A stretch of DNA of 64,000 bases, from contig OZ286465.1 of assembly GCA_965644265.1 (NCBI GenBank), forward strand, positions 22,444,001 through 22,508,000. Reading direction: 5' to 3'. The stretch's first letter is position 1. Each line of letters starts with the position of its first letter. The notes beneath the pieces are model-generated. The model saw only the letters and a program-made list of their open reading frames with translations, made no database searches and was not told where the DNA came from. Shown one piece after another: positions 51,281 through 64,000 of the stretch. The position numbers were made by a program, and so were the translations under genes. The stretch is from Glycera tridactyla (taxonomy: Eukaryota).

Positions 51281-52271
51281 ACGACCACATAAACAATAAC
51301 ATCCGACCAAGTGGCCGATCTGCAGCATTCTCTACACTTCCCGAGGCAACGGAACATGAAGAGTTCCGAAATATGTTTTCTTTCTCGAGTAGGAAGAAAT
51401 ATCTGAGACATCTGGTTTCACCTTTGTTATCAGATCAAAGCTGTGAACACACCTGTAAGATATTTTGCTGTCAGAATTTGAATAGGAATTTCGATGGCCA
51501 TTCGAAAAGAAAATCACACTTGTATGTATGAACAAATCCAGAACACACCAGTCTGAATCTGAATTCGCATCAAAATCTGCATCTGATTTATTAAAACCGC
51601 GAACAATTTTGACATGTTTGGACACTCATCAATAGCCACTACTGAGTCAGACATGGTGTCAGATGCGAGCTCAGACTGGTAGAGTCTGATTCAGAATATC
51701 AGAATTGTGATCCGAATTCTGGTATGTTTACGGTTTTACAGTCTCATGAGATGAAAGATGTTGTTAATTCACTCAACAAGTGCAAAATGAACAAGTATCC
51801 TAAATAATTATGATTTCTCAAGATGTTCAGGGAGGTTCAAACCAGTAGTGTCTAGGACCCAAGTATAATGCCCAAAATTCAGGTACACTCTCCAATTAAG
51901 TACAGTGCCAACAGATCGTCACTTGATCTCAAAATACCACAACATACAGATACAGTAACATTTCAATACATTTTCACCATGTGACACTCGTCTTATTCCG
52001 ACCAACTCTGCATCATCGCAACTTCATTGCCACCGGATTGGAAAGACGCAGCGATTGTGGACAAACCCAACGGAATTGATCACAGGGGTTTTCTCACATG
52101 TTTTAGAACCATTCTAGCCTCAATACACAAGCAAGCAGAGTTGTTTGGCATTCTAAAGCTGTCCTGTATTTCAGAGTGGAACCACAGATGAAGAGTTTTG
52201 AGCCTGATGCTACATTCCGAAATCATCTACCACTTGCAGGGATGTGATTGGCTCACAAACAAAAATACTGA

Positions 52272-52462
52272 AAACCGACCGGGGGGCACTTCCGCTAAGA
52301 TTTTGGGGATTAACAAACCCAAACAACTGGTGACTAAAGGCTACCAGAACTCCAAACAAACATTGTGCTCTATCTCCACAGATACTGGTCTGATTTTTAT
52401 GATCTAAAAGCCAAAATATACAGCAGAGAAGGTTCTTTGCTGTCATGTACATGGCCCTGCTG
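52272..52462 (+). repeat. Dispersed repeat, diverged copy 2 (pairs with 44205-44405)
   Basis: Same core as 44205-44405. Confidence 0.6.
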
Positions 52463-53098
52463 ATTGTCATCGAATACCGTTCTTCACATCGAGTGGTTCC
52501 ACTCGAGAGCAATGTCACACTATGGGGATATTACTCCTATCAAAACCACAAAAATTCGTCGAAATATGTGAAATGAACGATACAAGCATTCGAAGTAAGC
52601 TGAGAGCTTCCAATACTTGTTTTTCTTAATCACTATCTAAAGTTGATGTGATCAAATGATACAGTCCCATCATCATTTCCAAAACATAAAATTGGGAAAA
52701 GGAGAAATTTCCAACTGTACCTGAAAACTACAGGGGTGTCACATGATGATCAACATAGTATAAAACGCACACACAACTTTGCTCAAGACAACATGAACAG
52801 CGCAATTCTATCAACTGTGGACCATGGCTTGGAATGTGAGTTCAATATGAATCTGAGTAAAAAATATGTGCATGCTACTTTTGATTGTCTGACAGTGTCT
52901 ACAATAACTGAGAATCAAACTGAAAAGAAGAGTCTCAATGGAGCCTTAACAAAACTGTAAGATCTGTAGTTATAATACTTCCAATGGATATGATGACATA
53001 TCAATGACCAACCAATGCCTGTATTGAGGGACTGAATTCTGAATAACTTTGAGATGCAGGTTCAACAAAAACCGACACTATTATTGTAAGTCTTCTAG

Positions 53099-53620
53099 TA
53101 CATGGTTCATACGGAAATCCTGAGGAAAAAATCAAGGACTTTTCAAGGACTCTCCCAGTTTTTCAAGCCCTCTGCCTGTGTCTCAGAAATGAGTTTTCAT
53201 GAACCAATCTGCTCAAAGCCATCATTAGTTCCGATTATCGCTATTATACACTAGTTGGCTCTTGAGAAAATTCACGAGCTACATTTACCTACATCAATGT
53301 TTACCATCTAATAGGGGATTTGATGGACTGCAAATCTTAACGACTTCTTGTTTTCTTATATATGTAGGCATGATTCTAGCCTTCGGTATTGTGAGGTGGG
53401 GGGTGCCCTAGTCATGAGATCCAACTGCTGCGAGTCATTTTTCTGTCAGCATGTGACAAACCCGGGATCTTCTGGCCATATTTGTTGGAATTCAAGCACT
53501 CTGTACAGAAATCAAGCACTTTTTCCATTATTTTTCACAATTTTCAAGTCAGCACTCAAATTCAATCACCTTCAAGGACAATGATTTTCAAGCACTTTTC
53601 AAGACTGTGCAAACCCTGTA
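53099..53620. mobile_element. Putative MITE with CAGGGTT-type termini and subterminal TTTTCAAG repeats
   Basis: Left tacatggttcatacgg...tcaaggacttttcaaggac; right ttttcaagcacttttcaagactgtgcaaaccctgta. TIR match is imperfect. Confidence 0.45.
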
Positions 53621-54971
53621 GTATAGAGGGTTTGAAACATTGCTGAAGCCATTCAGATCAAAACATGAGTGACAAGAAACGAGAAGTGGGGACCATTTGT
53701 ATATCTTTCAATGGCGATTTAGCTGTCATTCAGGCTAGAACTGAAGACAGTTCAGTTTGACTAACAGAGAAATATTGGCTGAATCCCCAATCAAGTATTC
53801 TTTATTGTAAATGTGACACAAAGGAATGGGCACCTGTATTCTGTTACGAAATATTACAAAACGTTGGAGACCGTTACCAATGAAAAGCGTGCTGACATTC
53901 CCTCAGACAAAATCAGTGACCCTGCTGATGGTTCAACCACCCCTTCATCAAACTGACACCTAGTGGTTATCGCGTGGGCGATCATGCGGCAAACCACATC
54001 AGCCAGACATGTTGGTCAGTTGCAGAGGTGCTTGACCCATCCCCAACAACACGGCTTGTGTCTGAAAGTAAGGCAACTTCTAGATGGAATATCTACTCTT
54101 TCAAAATACTACTGTAAGTTTTTAATCTTACTTGAGTGATTGCACATTTGGTGGATGCATACTTGTGGCCATTGATTTATTGAGTGGTCATTTTATATCA
54201 GCAGTGCTAAAAATGGAATGACGCGCCACTTTCAGAAATGGTTTAATTGAAGAAAAACCCCACAAAACGGATCCTGAAGAAGATGATTATCACTAAATAG
54301 AAATGTGAATCAAACTCAGGTCTTGAGTTATATCACTATCATATTTCAAAATAAAGACAAACTCAAGCTAATATTGTACTGTTGATGGATGAAATCAAGT
54401 AGGAATGACCCTTAACAGCTCCAAAACTGATGGTAGAGAAACGCAAAATGAAGATATTCAGAGAGCGAGTGAAAATAGTCTATCTCTAGGTTTGTCCGAA
54501 GACAGAATACAAGACATAGGGTATGGAGAAAAAGATCGGAGAAAAGTGAAAGAAACAAAAAGGAAAGTTTGTTCAATGTAAGAAAGGCATCGACTGAGAA
54601 CAGAGAAAAACGAGAACAAAAAAAAGGAAAAAAAGAAGCCATCAAGGAAGTCAAGACCTCCATGATTGAGGAGAAGTGACATAGCATAATTTTTTTTTTT
54701 TTTAATTGAGCGATGAGACACTATAGAGAGGACACTGTCATAGATTCAACCATTTCTACACATGTACTATCAACACATTGGTGCTCATATAAAAATATAA
54801 TAAATATAAGTTGGAAGAAAAAAAATATGAGGAATAAGAGCCCATTTTAAGTTGATGATCTTCGTGATGGGTTGACCTCCCCGACAAAAATAGACTCTTA
54901 GCGCTAGGACTAAGATAAGTCGGTAAAAAAAAAATTGGATTGAAAACTGACAAAATGAGAATTGTGCCTAC

Positions 54972-55025
54972 CCGGATGAGTTAGGTCTAGATCTACCCGC
55001 CCACATTTGATCGGCTGGGTCTTCG
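54972..55025 (-). CDS. Candidate 54-nt in-frame cassette exon (EDPADQMWAGRSRPNSS), or short alternative last exon
   Basis: Acceptor gcctgcttttgcttcag| and donor CGG|gtaggc; 54 nt keeps phase 2. Unspliced readthrough stops at GGG TAG. A competing AG lies 35 nt upstream. Confidence 0.35.
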
Positions 55026-58000
55026 CTGAAGCAAAAGCAGGCATACACATAAAGTCAAAACTACAGGTAGCACACCGCACAAAACACACACACACATGGA
55101 AAGTTAGCCAGCATCTGCCACCTGAACTGATCGGCCCCCAACTGCGCGGGGCAAGGCAATTTCAAAAGTTTAGTTGAACGACTGTAAACTGAAGATAAAA
55201 TTAGTCGGGGAAGCTGTGGGCCAGCAAAGTGACAGCTCAAAACTTTACGTCTCAAGGAGACCAAACTCTCCACTGCTGAAAAATAAAGAAGATGAATATG
55301 GAGCAAAAATACTCTCAAGGGTGACAGATCAAGGGTGAGAAATAGTGGAAACCGGATTTGTAAATTATCAAGTTCAGCTTTGGGAGAAGCAGATAAAAAT
55401 TGGAAGAAGGAAAATCCCCAGCCATTTGTAGGCTTTGAAAAGTGAAGAGAATCTAATGGAAGAATGAAGCAATAAAGCTGAGAGGAATAGTTCCGTTACA
55501 CTTTTTGATAATGCCAAAGACATAATTCTTCATTCTGTGACTGTGGAAAACTATGATGGAAGGTGAAAAAATTATCATCCGGATTTTCATTAAGACATTC
55601 CATGTCAGTATTGCATTATCCCCTTTACAAGGATTGGCCGATCTGAACTGCACTTTTTTCACCAGATATCATCTGAATTCCGGCTTTCAGAGCAAGTATC
55701 AAGGGCACTGGTATAATTTTTAACCATTCCACAGAGCAAATTGTGAAGAGTACCAGATGTACTGGGCATACAGTTGAAATTTGGAATCATCAATTTACAT
55801 GCTATCGAACAAATCGACCTATAAAATGCCGACAGTTTTCGGGCAGATATTTGGCTAAAATCAGGTCAGTACAAGATACAATACTGCCAAATGGTTGAGT
55901 ATTAGTCAAATGCTTTACAGGCTATGAACTGAAAACAACGATATATGTTAGTTGAAACAAATGAAAAATGAGTTTGAGGACGATGGTTTGAGTCTCACAT
56001 ATAGAAGCACATCGAAATACACCAAGAACAGCCAAATAACAGCAAATACATGGACAAATCCAACTGAAATTTTGTTTCCAAGATTGTTTTTCTGAATATC
56101 TTGATTAATTTAAAGAACACATAAGAAGTTAGAAAGAGGCAAACTTTCATGAAATTCTCAATGATGAAAAATGTGGTTGATGGATCAGGGATTCGTTTCC
56201 AGAGTTCAACTGTCTGTATCAATCCATAGGATTGTATGCAATGCATTCTAGGATCATGAAAGCTGAACGCTCTGTCCCCTCAAGCATCACTCTCACACAC
56301 CCTGAACACAAGATGAACACAAGATGAAAGAAACTGCCAACTGAGATGTATCAATACTATAAATAAGGTACTGATATGGTCAAAAATATCTTTCTACGCC
56401 TATGTGTTTTTGCCAAATAATTAAGGTCGAATTCCCGAGAGACAGAACAGATGTGAGGAAAAGGTGATCAAACCTCAAGACAGATGAGAGAGAAACTGAA
56501 AGCTAGTCCAGATGAACTTCTGGTACTCTTCACTTGAAAAAGGATGCACACTGCAAAGTGTGATGGTTCCTCTACACTATCAGTATTATTTCTCCTACCT
56601 TCAGATTTTCTCAAAGAAGTTTGGGCCATTGTGGCCCACAAGCTAGAAGCATCATGGGTCGAATCTCAGTATGATGAGCCATCTAATCATCCGATGGCAA
56701 ATAGGGACAAAAAGAGGAGCCTCCCAATCTAATAACAGGACATTGTGGGCCTAAAAGGACATCATTCTGACCGTGTGTTCTGTGGATACTATCTAGATCT
56801 CTGTAAATGAGGCCTTCCGACTCTAGGGCATGAAATAAACAGTCGTCCACCCGGGAAAGGCCAGTATGGGAGAGACATTTCTCCAAGGAAAAAAGTTATG
56901 AAAATTAAACTTCATCAAGCTGCAGCTGCAAAAAAAATATACAAGTTGTGTGAAAACTGTAGTAGCTGTGATACAAATTAATGTATAAATTAGCCCCCAC
57001 TTCCCATACGGTGTGAGATAACCTGAGGACGTGTCAATCATGCATATTAAAATGACAAATTCACAAGCAAACATTGATGAATATCCGACAATTAGTCATT
57101 TCCTGGAGGTGGCTGATCACACTATAATGGGCAAATTAGCCTTAATGTGGGTATGTTGACCCTTAAATTTGACGAAATTTCGTTTGCTATTCTTCCGAAT
57201 GCCGCATGACCTGAAGGCATCGCTAAAATCTCAAGCTGATTCAGAAATATGGGACAGGAATGATGCGGTAACGGAAATTCATCAATGTTCTATTAGTAAC
57301 TGTAACATCAAAATGCAATGCGATTAGTAACGGAAAGATATCATGCAGCAACGGAAAGCAATATCACCTGCAATGAGGGAACTGAATCCGAAATATTTCA
57401 AAATATTGATGATATACATGAAAAAGTGCCGAAAACAATGAATCCCAGCAATTTAATACAATATGTTATGTGAACACTGAATGGAAATTTTCCAAAAAAA
57501 ATCAAGCTATGCATTGAGCCATTGGAAGAAATAAATATATCACATAGCTCGTTAGATATCATATGTTGCGAGATATACAAAGTACTTATTGAGAAAATGA
57601 CTCACGAATCTGTTCAAATAAAAAAAAAAAGATGAAATTTTTAAGAGGGATACCAAATATTCAACATGAAGGAGGAATAGGTTATATTGGTGTGGGGAAA
57701 TTTGTAGCAGGGACGCTGGATATCAAAACTTGTTGCAAACTTTTGTAATTAGTACACGAGACGTGTAATTTCAAAACAACCACATGCCGCAACACTTGAT
57801 AAAATATTAATGTTAAGAGATACCAAACATCACTTTAGTTGCACTAAAACTATTTGTTCTTCATCAGAACGGTAAACAAACAGAACAATTTCATTAGAGA
57901 CAAGACGACGAGAAAGATAGAACTAACAAAACTTAATTAGAATGGTGAACGTTGTGAATTTCCATGTGATACTGCTCGGCAATAACAGACTGGGGGGATT

Positions 58001-58434
58001 TCCAATGAAAAACAGTATAAACTGCAGTCCGATATGAGGTTTTCCGCATGTCCTTATATGTTGAAGGACTTCTATTGAATATCTGTTAGTGAAATGCGCA
58101 GTATTCAGCTCTATTCTGGACCGTTCACTGCATGCATCCACATTAATTCAATGACATTGGACTAGATCAGGCCCAATTTTCCGATTTTACTTTCTCTCTT
58201 TCCAATGCAAAATTCCCCAAAAAGGGACCACATCAGAATTCCTGTATTTCAGGCTTAATATCCCATTTTTGCAAACATGGTGCTTTTCACCTGCCCTCTT
58301 GTATATATGATAATAGCCTAAATAATGGTCAGGTACCTGACTGTGCCAATACAAAAGCCCTAGTGTAGAGCCCTGTATGCTCCAGAAATAAATGAAATGT
58401 ATAAATGCCCCCTCTGTATGCATTTCTGTACATG

Positions 58435-58585
58435 TCCATTCAAACCTGTCTATACAGACCTTTATAGTGGCCTCTATAGGCAGGTAGCCTCTATCAAGAG
58501 GCCATTTACTGTTAAAAATACTATCACGGTCACAGCTCAGGGTGGCCTTTATGAACAGGTGGTCTCTGGAGCAGGTACGATGGTA
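58435..58585. mobile_element. Degenerate MITE (CAGTCAAACCTG type)
   Basis: ttcaaacctgtctata ... caggtggtctctggagcaggtacgatggta, with decayed TIRs. Confidence 0.5.
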
Positions 58586-60576
58586 TGACTAATCCAACAC
58601 ACAATGAATGCTCCCTGCCAATTTTGCCCTGAACAACTCTTGTTAACTTGACTTCTGAGCTGCATGCAATTAAGAGCTTGACAGAAGCAGCTTGTCTAAA
58701 TCCACTGGCAGTTGGCAAACATGGAATTATGCAGTGAAAGGTTCCAGAACTGAAACCTGACCGACATCAAAAGTGCACATAATGCAGCTCTTATCAAATA
58801 CTGGGCCAAGTTTAATGGCTATCAATGCGCATGCAATCCAGGACACCGCAAACAAGCTGTAAGAGGTCAGGGGAGGATCGGATTATGATTCACACGGCAA
58901 TTAGAATAGAAACTAAAATAGGGCTGGCCATCAGTCTTAATGGAGGACGAGACATATATTGTGCTGGACACTCACACTTTGGATGGCCTGGAAAGAAAAC
59001 AAGAGAAAGAAAGCGATATAAAAATGAATCACTGACGACAAAACTACAACACTACAAGAAAAGTTGTTACTACAAACATTCAAGACGGCCTGAGATTTCA
59101 ACTTTCCAGTTTCTCAACTCTGGGGTTTCTCCGTCATATCAGTGCCATTCTAATTATTGACGGGCCATTATACCACACATGCGTGGTTTACTATGTTTTA
59201 AAGTGGTATGTGATATCACTTGAAATACTCCCGTACCGGGAAGTATTGTCCGGACTATTTTTGCTATTCACCAGCCGACTGGTAACCTAGCTTCTGTTGA
59301 TCATATCAACTCATGTGCAGCCAGATGGGGTACCAGTGAGCATGGAAGGTAAACCAACATGGCGGATGCTTATTGTCAAGGCACTTTACACTGAGAACCA
59401 GAATTTGGAAGGAAGACAGTAGTTTGAGTGTGGCATGAATGCATGAATCTCCACCCCGAACGGTCTGAACGATGATATCACACTCTTGGGATCGCGGGTG
59501 AAGTGATATCACGTGTGATATCATTGTTCTGACCCCTCAGGTAGGGGACTCATGCTATATTGACCCCCTTTTTGGCCTTTTGGCCCATCGATATCCTCTA
59601 CTATGGGTCCACTGGCCCAGATTTTTCTGACCCTCTCATTACGAGATAGGCCACCATTTCGAATTATAACCCATATGTCCAGACGAACGGCCACATGGAC
59701 CCAATGAGCATTGAAGGTTCACGGTTGGGGTCTTTTACACATGGATGTGACATTTTCAGTGGAGTATCAAGTGTTGAGTATTGCATGTGATACTGGATGA
59801 CAAATACTTTTTGACAATTTCTCTCCTAATCCATGTGATAAAAGCAAGAATATATGGCTGTAAGGTTGGAAATGCCCAAAACACTTGAATATTAGACAGA
59901 ACTATGTCTCATGATACATCATCGAAATGTATGAATAACATTTTCAGAAATCATTGGATTTCTTGAATATTATTCACCTGTTCTTTGAAAAAGAACATAA
60001 TCAAAAAACCATTTAAGTGTTTTTGAAACAGGGAATATTTCATCCGCTGGAAGCTATTTAGGCCCTTTGGAGAAAAACCTTCAATTTACCAGGTGTGGAA
60101 GATTTCTATATTTCATCCAAAGTGATTTGGATGAATGGCTTTGGCACTGATGAAACATTTGTGTTCCATCAGGCCTTCAGGCTAGTCTATTTTCACAAGA
60201 GATGATGGCCTAAGAACAATGTATGACTACAGAAATGACAGATGTCTCAAGTCATCTGCATATGTTGTGCTCCAACTTGACAGATTATGATCTGAACTTC
60301 GGGATCTTAGTATTCAATAGCACGAACACTCTACTCTATCATAGGTAACATTTGCCCGAATAAATGTAGAAATCTGCAGATCTATGGAGCAATCACATTT
60401 CTGAGGTGTCGGGCACCGCATTTCGCATAATCTAAACGTGGGAGTCTAGTGAAAGTGCGAGTTCGGATAGCAACATACAACATATATCCTACGATAATGA
60501 TCATGCAGAGTAACACATATACAATTCCACATGATGATAAACATAAAAATTCCCAGGATCAGTCTATTATTGCAAC

Positions 60577-60763
60577 CAGTGATGTCAATGAGATGAAGCT
60601 AAATTTTTCGGAAATATGGAAACATTCTCTGAAAGTACCACCACAAATCATCAAAAGTATTTGTTCTCAAATTCCAAAACAGATTTTAGCCATTTCTGAA
60701 ATAAATATTTTTCACCCAATTTCCTGATTTCCATAAATTTTCGGCAAAATTGACACCACTGTG
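60577..60763 (+). repeat. Diverged direct repeat, copy 1 (pairs with 61503-61690)
   Basis: cagtgatg.caatg.gatgaagct.aattt.tcggaaatat ... aaaattg.caccactgtg in both copies. Confidence 0.7.
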
Positions 60764-61502
60764 CAACCCAGAAGATTCTTCCTAACACTACATATTATGA
60801 AAGTGATGAATGTATCGAGGCCACATCCTTGCAGCAAATTCTCAATGGCGATCCAATTTTGGCCTCTAATTTTCATTTATCATTTCTATAATGCAGTGAC
60901 TTGCAGGAGGAATGTTTCACCAACATACATGTACATGCATTCTGGTAATCATTCCCCACCCCCCCCCCCCATTGATTCCAGTAATAGGATAAACAACATG
61001 AAAGGTATCACCACAATATTAAGAATCAATGTACATATGTATGTATATAATCACAATGATGGTAATGAGTGCAGCCAAATGTTCTGAAATATGATTCATT
61101 CTTCTCAACAGAAAATACTCAAAAGTAACTGGTCAGACATCTCCAGCAAGATTGCGGTCACTTGTACATTTCAATTTTTCAACTAAATTCCAGAATTCTG
61201 AATTGGCATCATTGTAATATCCTTCCACATGATATGCATTCATTGTGTTAATTATCATCATTATCATAACTATCATCATTAATCTCCATATATGCCTTCA
61301 TTTAAGAGATCTGCTCTCTCAAATAAATTTCCAGTAACACCACAAACGTGGAGCTGATGAGAATGTAAATGCCATGTTTATGAAAACATGTTTTTTTGTA
61401 ATATGGAGAATCGGAAAATAGATTGTCGAAATATATTAGATCGCCCAGTATGAAGGTGTATAATCGGAAAATAAATTGCACAACATGGGAACATACTGGA
61501 AA

Positions 61503-61690
61503 CAGTGATGCCAATGGGATGAAGCTGAATTTTCGGAAATATAGGAATATTTTCTGAAACTACCCCATCATATCATCAATAGTATTCATTTTGAAACTCC
61601 CAAGCAGATTATAGCAATTTCGGAAATTATAATTTTTTTCACCCGATTTTCGGATTTCCGAAAAATTTTCAGAAAATTGGCACCACTGTG
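61503..61690 (+). repeat. Diverged direct repeat, copy 2 (pairs with 60577-60763)
   Basis: Same as 60577-60763; 926 bp apart. Confidence 0.7.
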
Positions 61691-61936
61691 GAAATGAAGC
61701 AGAGCTGATCTATTGAGTGTTCCCATATGACTGGTCACTTGTAGTCCTATATTCTGTCCAAACCGCGACCGATAAAACACCTTCTGAGGCTCCCACTTGA
61801 TGTGATTGGAGTGATTGTGGGATATGTACATGCTGTGATGCATTACAATATCTATCAATATCTATACGAGGAACTGACTGCAGATGGAAACCTGTTCGAG
61901 AGACTCCCGACAAGAGGAGACTGCTTCAGCAAAACA

Positions 61937-62117
61937 TACAGTGAAACCTGCAACGAGAGACCACCCTAAATGTCACCAAAAAGCGGTCTCTCAAAAGAGG
62001 TGGTCTCTCGTCAGGGGTATATTTGACCAAGTCATATGGAAAAGCTGTCCTGAAAAAGTAGTTCCGCTGTCGGAGGTGGTCTCTAGTCGGGGGTCTCTCG
62101 TCGCAGGTTTCACTGTA
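61937..62117. mobile_element. MITE family 2, well preserved (Tc1/mariner-like: TA flanks, ~26-bp TIR)
   Basis: tacagtgaaacctgcaacgagagacc ... ggtctctcgtcgcaggtttcactgta, with one mismatch between the TIRs. A partial further copy follows at about 62140-62200. Confidence 0.85.
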
Positions 62118-62368
62118 CATCCCTTTTGACAAAGAAGATGATTGCCCTGATGAGAGGCCAACTCCGCTTTTTGGTGTCACTCGTCACAGGTTTCACTCTA
62201 TTGTATATGTATGTACCTAGAGGCTATGATAACATGGAAGAAATTTGTATGCGTGTATGTGTGACCCAAAAGTTTGTGGGTTCAACCCTGATACGAAACC
62301 CGAATTAAAAATTGGGCTTGGGTATTCAACACATTTCATGAACTTGTGCCCATGTGTCATGTCACAAA

Positions 62369-62375
62369 TGTGTGT

Positions 62376-62427
<52 letters not shown>
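62369..62427. repeat. (TG)n microsatellite
   Basis: About 29 TG units with one interruption. Confidence 0.95.
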
Positions 62428-62431
<4 letters not shown>

Positions 62432-63152
62432 ATTCGTGTGAGTGGGTGTATACATCAACCCAAACCTAGAGTCGCCCATGCGTGTACATGGACTTGCATG
62501 CATAGATATGAATTCCAAGTCTTAGTGCTGCCAAAGATATCAAAATTTCAACGACTAAACTATTACCTTTCAATTTGTACTTGACATAATAAAAAATGTG
62601 TACGAATTTGTCTGTTTCATTATCGGTTCTGCTAGCCATGAAGAGCAGGTATCCCTAAATGGCAGTGTCCAATACCGGCATGAATATCTCAGGGGTGTGA
62701 TAATCAAACAAGCACTAAATAGACTATAGCTAACAGCATACTAAAACACTAATCAAACTGTTCAAGGCCCTAGTTGTCCCTCCTTTTTTTTCACATCCCA
62801 CCGCAGAGTACACTACCTGGATGTGGCAGTCCGGCCCAGTCAATACGATCAAACATCACTCATCAAATATGTTCTACCTTTTTTTCTGAGGTAGCGAGAA
62901 CAAATAATCGTTAAACCATCAACGATGTTAAACAAGCGATGCATCCAGCACAGACATGATACATCCAAACACCTACTCGATTAAAACACGGAGTAACATG
63001 AAACATGGGAGTCGCGCGTTCGCTTTTAGTACAAATAATTCACATGATAGTTAAAATCTGTGGTGTGAGATGACACAAAAATTACGATGACATCATGAAG
63101 GATATTGCGGTGAAGACGGGGATACGTATAAATGATTAACGTCAATACTTAC

Positions 63153-63240
63153 GTTCTCGTGTATTCGCCGAAGCCGCCTTCTTCGTCGTCGCGGTTAGGA
63201 TAGTTGGGATCCTGCGCTCGTAGCTTCTCTTTCTCATACA
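63153..63240 (-). CDS. Nrg: L1-family gene, first cytoplasmic exon (88 nt)
   Basis: Acceptor ctatcag| and donor |gtaagt. Joined in frame to the TM exon it reads (V)YEKEKLRAQDPNYPNRDDEEGGFGEYTR(T), matching the L1-family YPVxEKE...FGEY motif. Ends in phase 2. Confidence 0.93.
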
Positions 63241-63610
63241 CTGATAGCAAAAATAAGCAAACTCATACATCATCTTCCTCATAAATACATGTCTTTGGCA
63301 AAAAAATATTGTGCAAGAAAAATAACATGTTAACGTGATAATGTCTTCCAGTCAATTCTTTCACAAATGCTTCCAGAATTCTCATGGCAAAAACTAGATG
63401 TGTTACATCAACAGAGCTATAGAATTACAAACCATGTTGAATTTGAACAGCAGTTTCTCAATTACATATCAGTATCTTTCAGATGAAGTCAGTAACCATG
63501 ATGATAAAATCAAGGACGAAAGTATGCAAAGTTATCTAAACCATTTGGATCGCCACAAAAGGATACTAAGACAGAAGACAAGCAAGGACATGCCTGTTGA
63601 ATCATCTGCA

Positions 63611-63725
63611 TACAGTCAAACCTGTATTCAGCAACCACCCTCGGAACAGTGAAAAGTGGTTGCTTAAGACAGGTGGTTGTATAATACAGGTTAATTATAG
63701 TGAGAAATCATATGATCCCTGACCG
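63611..63725. mobile_element. Left part of a MITE (TA-CAGTCAAACCTG type)
   Basis: tacagtcaaacctgtattcagcaaccacc...aaaagtggttgcttaagacaggtggttg; resembles 9327-9493. Confidence 0.55.
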
Positions 63726-63828
63726 ATATATGTTGTCATATAGAATACTACATTCTCGGAAAGATAGACAAAAAATTGTTACGATTTGTGACGATATCAC
63801 ATCGCTGTAATGATGAGCGTTTCGTTAC

Positions 63829-63954
63829 CTGGGTATTTGCCTCCTCGATTCCGTTTGATGAGACAGACGATGAGAAGGATGAGGAGGAGGAAGAGAATGG
63901 CGCACATCATCCCGATGAACCACCCCGCCCGCGCGATGTGCTCCACACGTGCAT
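63829..63954 (-). CDS. Nrg: L1-family cell adhesion molecule (neuroglian/NrCAM/L1CAM-like), transmembrane exon
   Basis: Minus strand reads [41 protein letters not shown], the L1-family GWFIG-TM-KRxxGGKYP signature. Donor G|gtaac at 63828 (phase 1). The 5' boundary (ttgcag| at 63955) is uncertain because the frame stays open to the window edge. The symbol is a family-level call only. Confidence 0.93.
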
Positions 63955-64000
63955 CTGCAACACCACCAGCAAAACCTGTCGTATTAGTAACATTACCTGA

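Larger units (their letters stand above)
42148..63152 (-). other. Nrg: 21,005-nt GT-AG phase-2 intron of the L1-family gene
   Basis: The AC|T join keeps frame between the FGEYTR exon and the DEPDF...FIGQY exon. Contains MITEs, simple repeats, one N gap and two candidate cassette exons. Confidence 0.85.

Noticed and set aside
54412-54700. Lys/Glu/Arg-rich apparent coding stretch
   Set aside because: Purine-rich low-complexity sequence with stops in the plus frames; no start or splice support.
1-64000. Most 60-120 aa ORFs in the supplied track as genes
   Set aside because: No recognisable motifs, overlapping frames and low-complexity sources; they recur only because of the array.
63776-64000. 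Plus-strand acidic ORF ([15 protein letters not shown])
   Set aside because: Antisense shadow of the hydrophobic transmembrane exon.

Overview
Metazoan genomic DNA (invertebrate-like; species not determinable) containing the 3' end of a minus-strand L1-family cell adhesion gene (neuroglian/NrCAM/L1CAM type). It comprises a transmembrane exon (63829-63954), a first cytoplasmic exon (63153-63240), a 21-kb phase-2 intron and the terminal ankyrin-binding FIGQY exon (41925-42147). Positions 1-42557 are a head-to-tail array of an ~11.58-kb unit (3 complete units plus a partial one running off the left edge). Each unit has an intact copy of the terminal exon, its splice acceptor, a candidate ~4.4-kb 3'UTR and a poly(A) signal. 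Unit junctions fall at the left terminal inverted repeat of a ~215-bp MITE, and the junction copy is a different family member from the one in the gene's own intron. The long intron holds a candidate 15-nt frame-preserving microexon that would add a YMPL (YxxPhi) endocytic motif, flanked by four TGCATG motifs, in the same intron that holds the vertebrate RSLE microexon. It also holds a weaker candidate 54-nt cassette exon. The rest is MITEs, LINE fragments, microsatellites and one N gap. Almost all ORFs in the supplied track appear spurious. All comparisons were made by eye.
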